A stretch of 64,000 nucleotides of DNA from an uncultured Lachnospiraceae bacterium (lineage in GTDB: Bacteria > Bacillota > Clostridia > Lachnospirales > CAG-274). Below are positions 63,259 through 64,000 of this stretch, piece after piece. The stretch spans positions 633 through 64,632 of the forward strand of contig CAZGIC010000002.1 in assembly GCA_964526435.1 (NCBI GenBank), in the 5' to 3' direction. The position numbers and the translations under genes are program-made. Under the pieces are notes generated by a model. It did no database searches. It was not told where the DNA came from and was given only the letters and a program-made list of their open reading frames with translations. Every line of letters begins with the position of its first letter. Position 1 is the first letter of the stretch.

Positions 63259-64000
63259 ATGAAAAAGATATTTTTAATAACATTTTTATTTTCATTGCTT
63301 TTTGCTCTGCCGGTGTATGCAGGTACGATAATTACAGCTCCAATTGACGGCAGACCTATAAGCGATGAATATCTTCAAAATCTTGCAGAAATAGGTAATG
63401 ACAGGTATTACAGTGTGTCTAAGGAAAATCTGGATTTTTTCTCTTCTTATGAGCCTGATAATCATTTGGGTAACAGTGAGAAAGTAAGAGAGGAGATATA
63501 TTCCCTTGTGTCACAGAATAATAATGAGTATACCACAGTTATAATCAATACCTCATCTTACATTACAAATGGTCTTGTTGGCAGCCGCTGCGGTAGCAAT
63601 TACGAAAATTATCAGCAGGCAATAGATGATATTGAAAAGCTGGTTACGGATTTCCCCGAACCTACTTATTATATAAATATTACTGTGCCCCGTACACTGC
63701 CTGAAACACGATTTAATGAAATTTGGTGCAACAATGACAGTCTTAAAGGTCTGGGATATTATTATCTGAAATATAATGAGGATGCTGAAGATTATGACAC
63801 CATAAACAGTAAATACAGCAATGTTACTCCTACACAGTATATTATGGAATTCAGCTATGTTGTAAATAAGGCTGATGAAATTGGTACCGATAATCTTACA
63901 GAATGGGAGAAAAGTTTTTTAAATTATTTTAATAACAACATTAAAAACAAGTCACCTTACAGACAATATGTTGAATATTACAAAAAGCCCTATGAGGCGA
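63259..64000 (+). CDS. 5' part of a secreted protein, possibly DUF4127 family
   Basis: AGGAGG RBS, signal peptide MKKIFLITFLFSLLFALPVYA, then APIDGRPISDEY. The frame is open to the window end. The family assignment is from memory only. Confidence 0.45.
   Translation, partial: MKKIFLITFLFSLLFALPVYAGTIITAPIDGRPISDEYLQNLAEIGNDRYYSVSKENLDFFSSYEPDNHLGNSEKVREEIYSLVSQNNNEYTTVIINTSSYITNGLVGSRCGSNYENYQQAIDDIEKLVTDFPEPTYYINITVPRTLPETRFNEIWCNNDSLKGLGYYYLKYNEDAEDYDTINSKYSNVTPTQYIMEFSYVVNKADEIGTDNLTEWEKSFLNYFNNNIKNKSPYRQYVEYYKKPYEA

Overview
AT-rich (by eye about one-third G+C) chromosomal segment from a spore-forming Firmicute of the class Clostridia, probably Ruminococcaceae/Oscillospiraceae-like. The taxon cannot be fixed from this window alone. 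I saw no rRNA, tRNA, CRISPR array, transposase, integrase or recognisable defence genes.

Most of the window is housekeeping:
- ispE
- tadA
- Bacillus-type long SRP RNA
- spoIIP
- ftsK/spoIIIE
- purK-purE
- operon rnz / ECF sigma / anti-sigma / tsaD / aminotransferase
- yajC
- murA
- the classic Firmicute block rsmB-rlmN-prpC-prkC-rsgA-rpe-thiN

The items that stand out:
1. The pyruvate formate-lyase locus (48.9-52.3 kb) is split. The catalytic core ORF stops just before the glycyl-radical domain. That domain is a free-standing 79-aa ORF. A 74-aa glycine-less paralogue of its N-terminal half lies between the two, and pflA follows.
2. A pectinolytic cohesin-dockerin cluster (17.1-27.2 kb) holds two giant PL1 pectate lyases, one carrying a dockerin and one carrying an internal cohesin plus a dockerin. 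It also holds a small cohesin-dockerin adaptor, a cohesin-like secreted protein and an unannotated 54-aa ORF. A 1317-aa PL9 lyase without a dockerin lies at 7.0-11.0 kb.
3. A sucrose PTS operon (scrA-scrB-scrK) has the general PTS genes ptsH-ptsI fused to its 3' end. Its HPr has Arg at the regulatory Ser46 position. It is convergent with a 634-aa uncharacterised protein that carries an HPrK/PEPCK-style P-loop.
4. A three-gene operon encodes a catalytically degenerate ABC ATPase, a polytopic membrane protein and a YdjI-like SPFH protein with three tandem zinc ribbons. A Cys-rich orphan protein sits next to it.
5. A promoter-to-terminator unit in the 470-nt gap after the SRP RNA folds into a rod of about 197 nt, so it is a candidate 6S-like sRNA.

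All calls rest on reading the translated ORFs and the DNA by eye. No database search was run.
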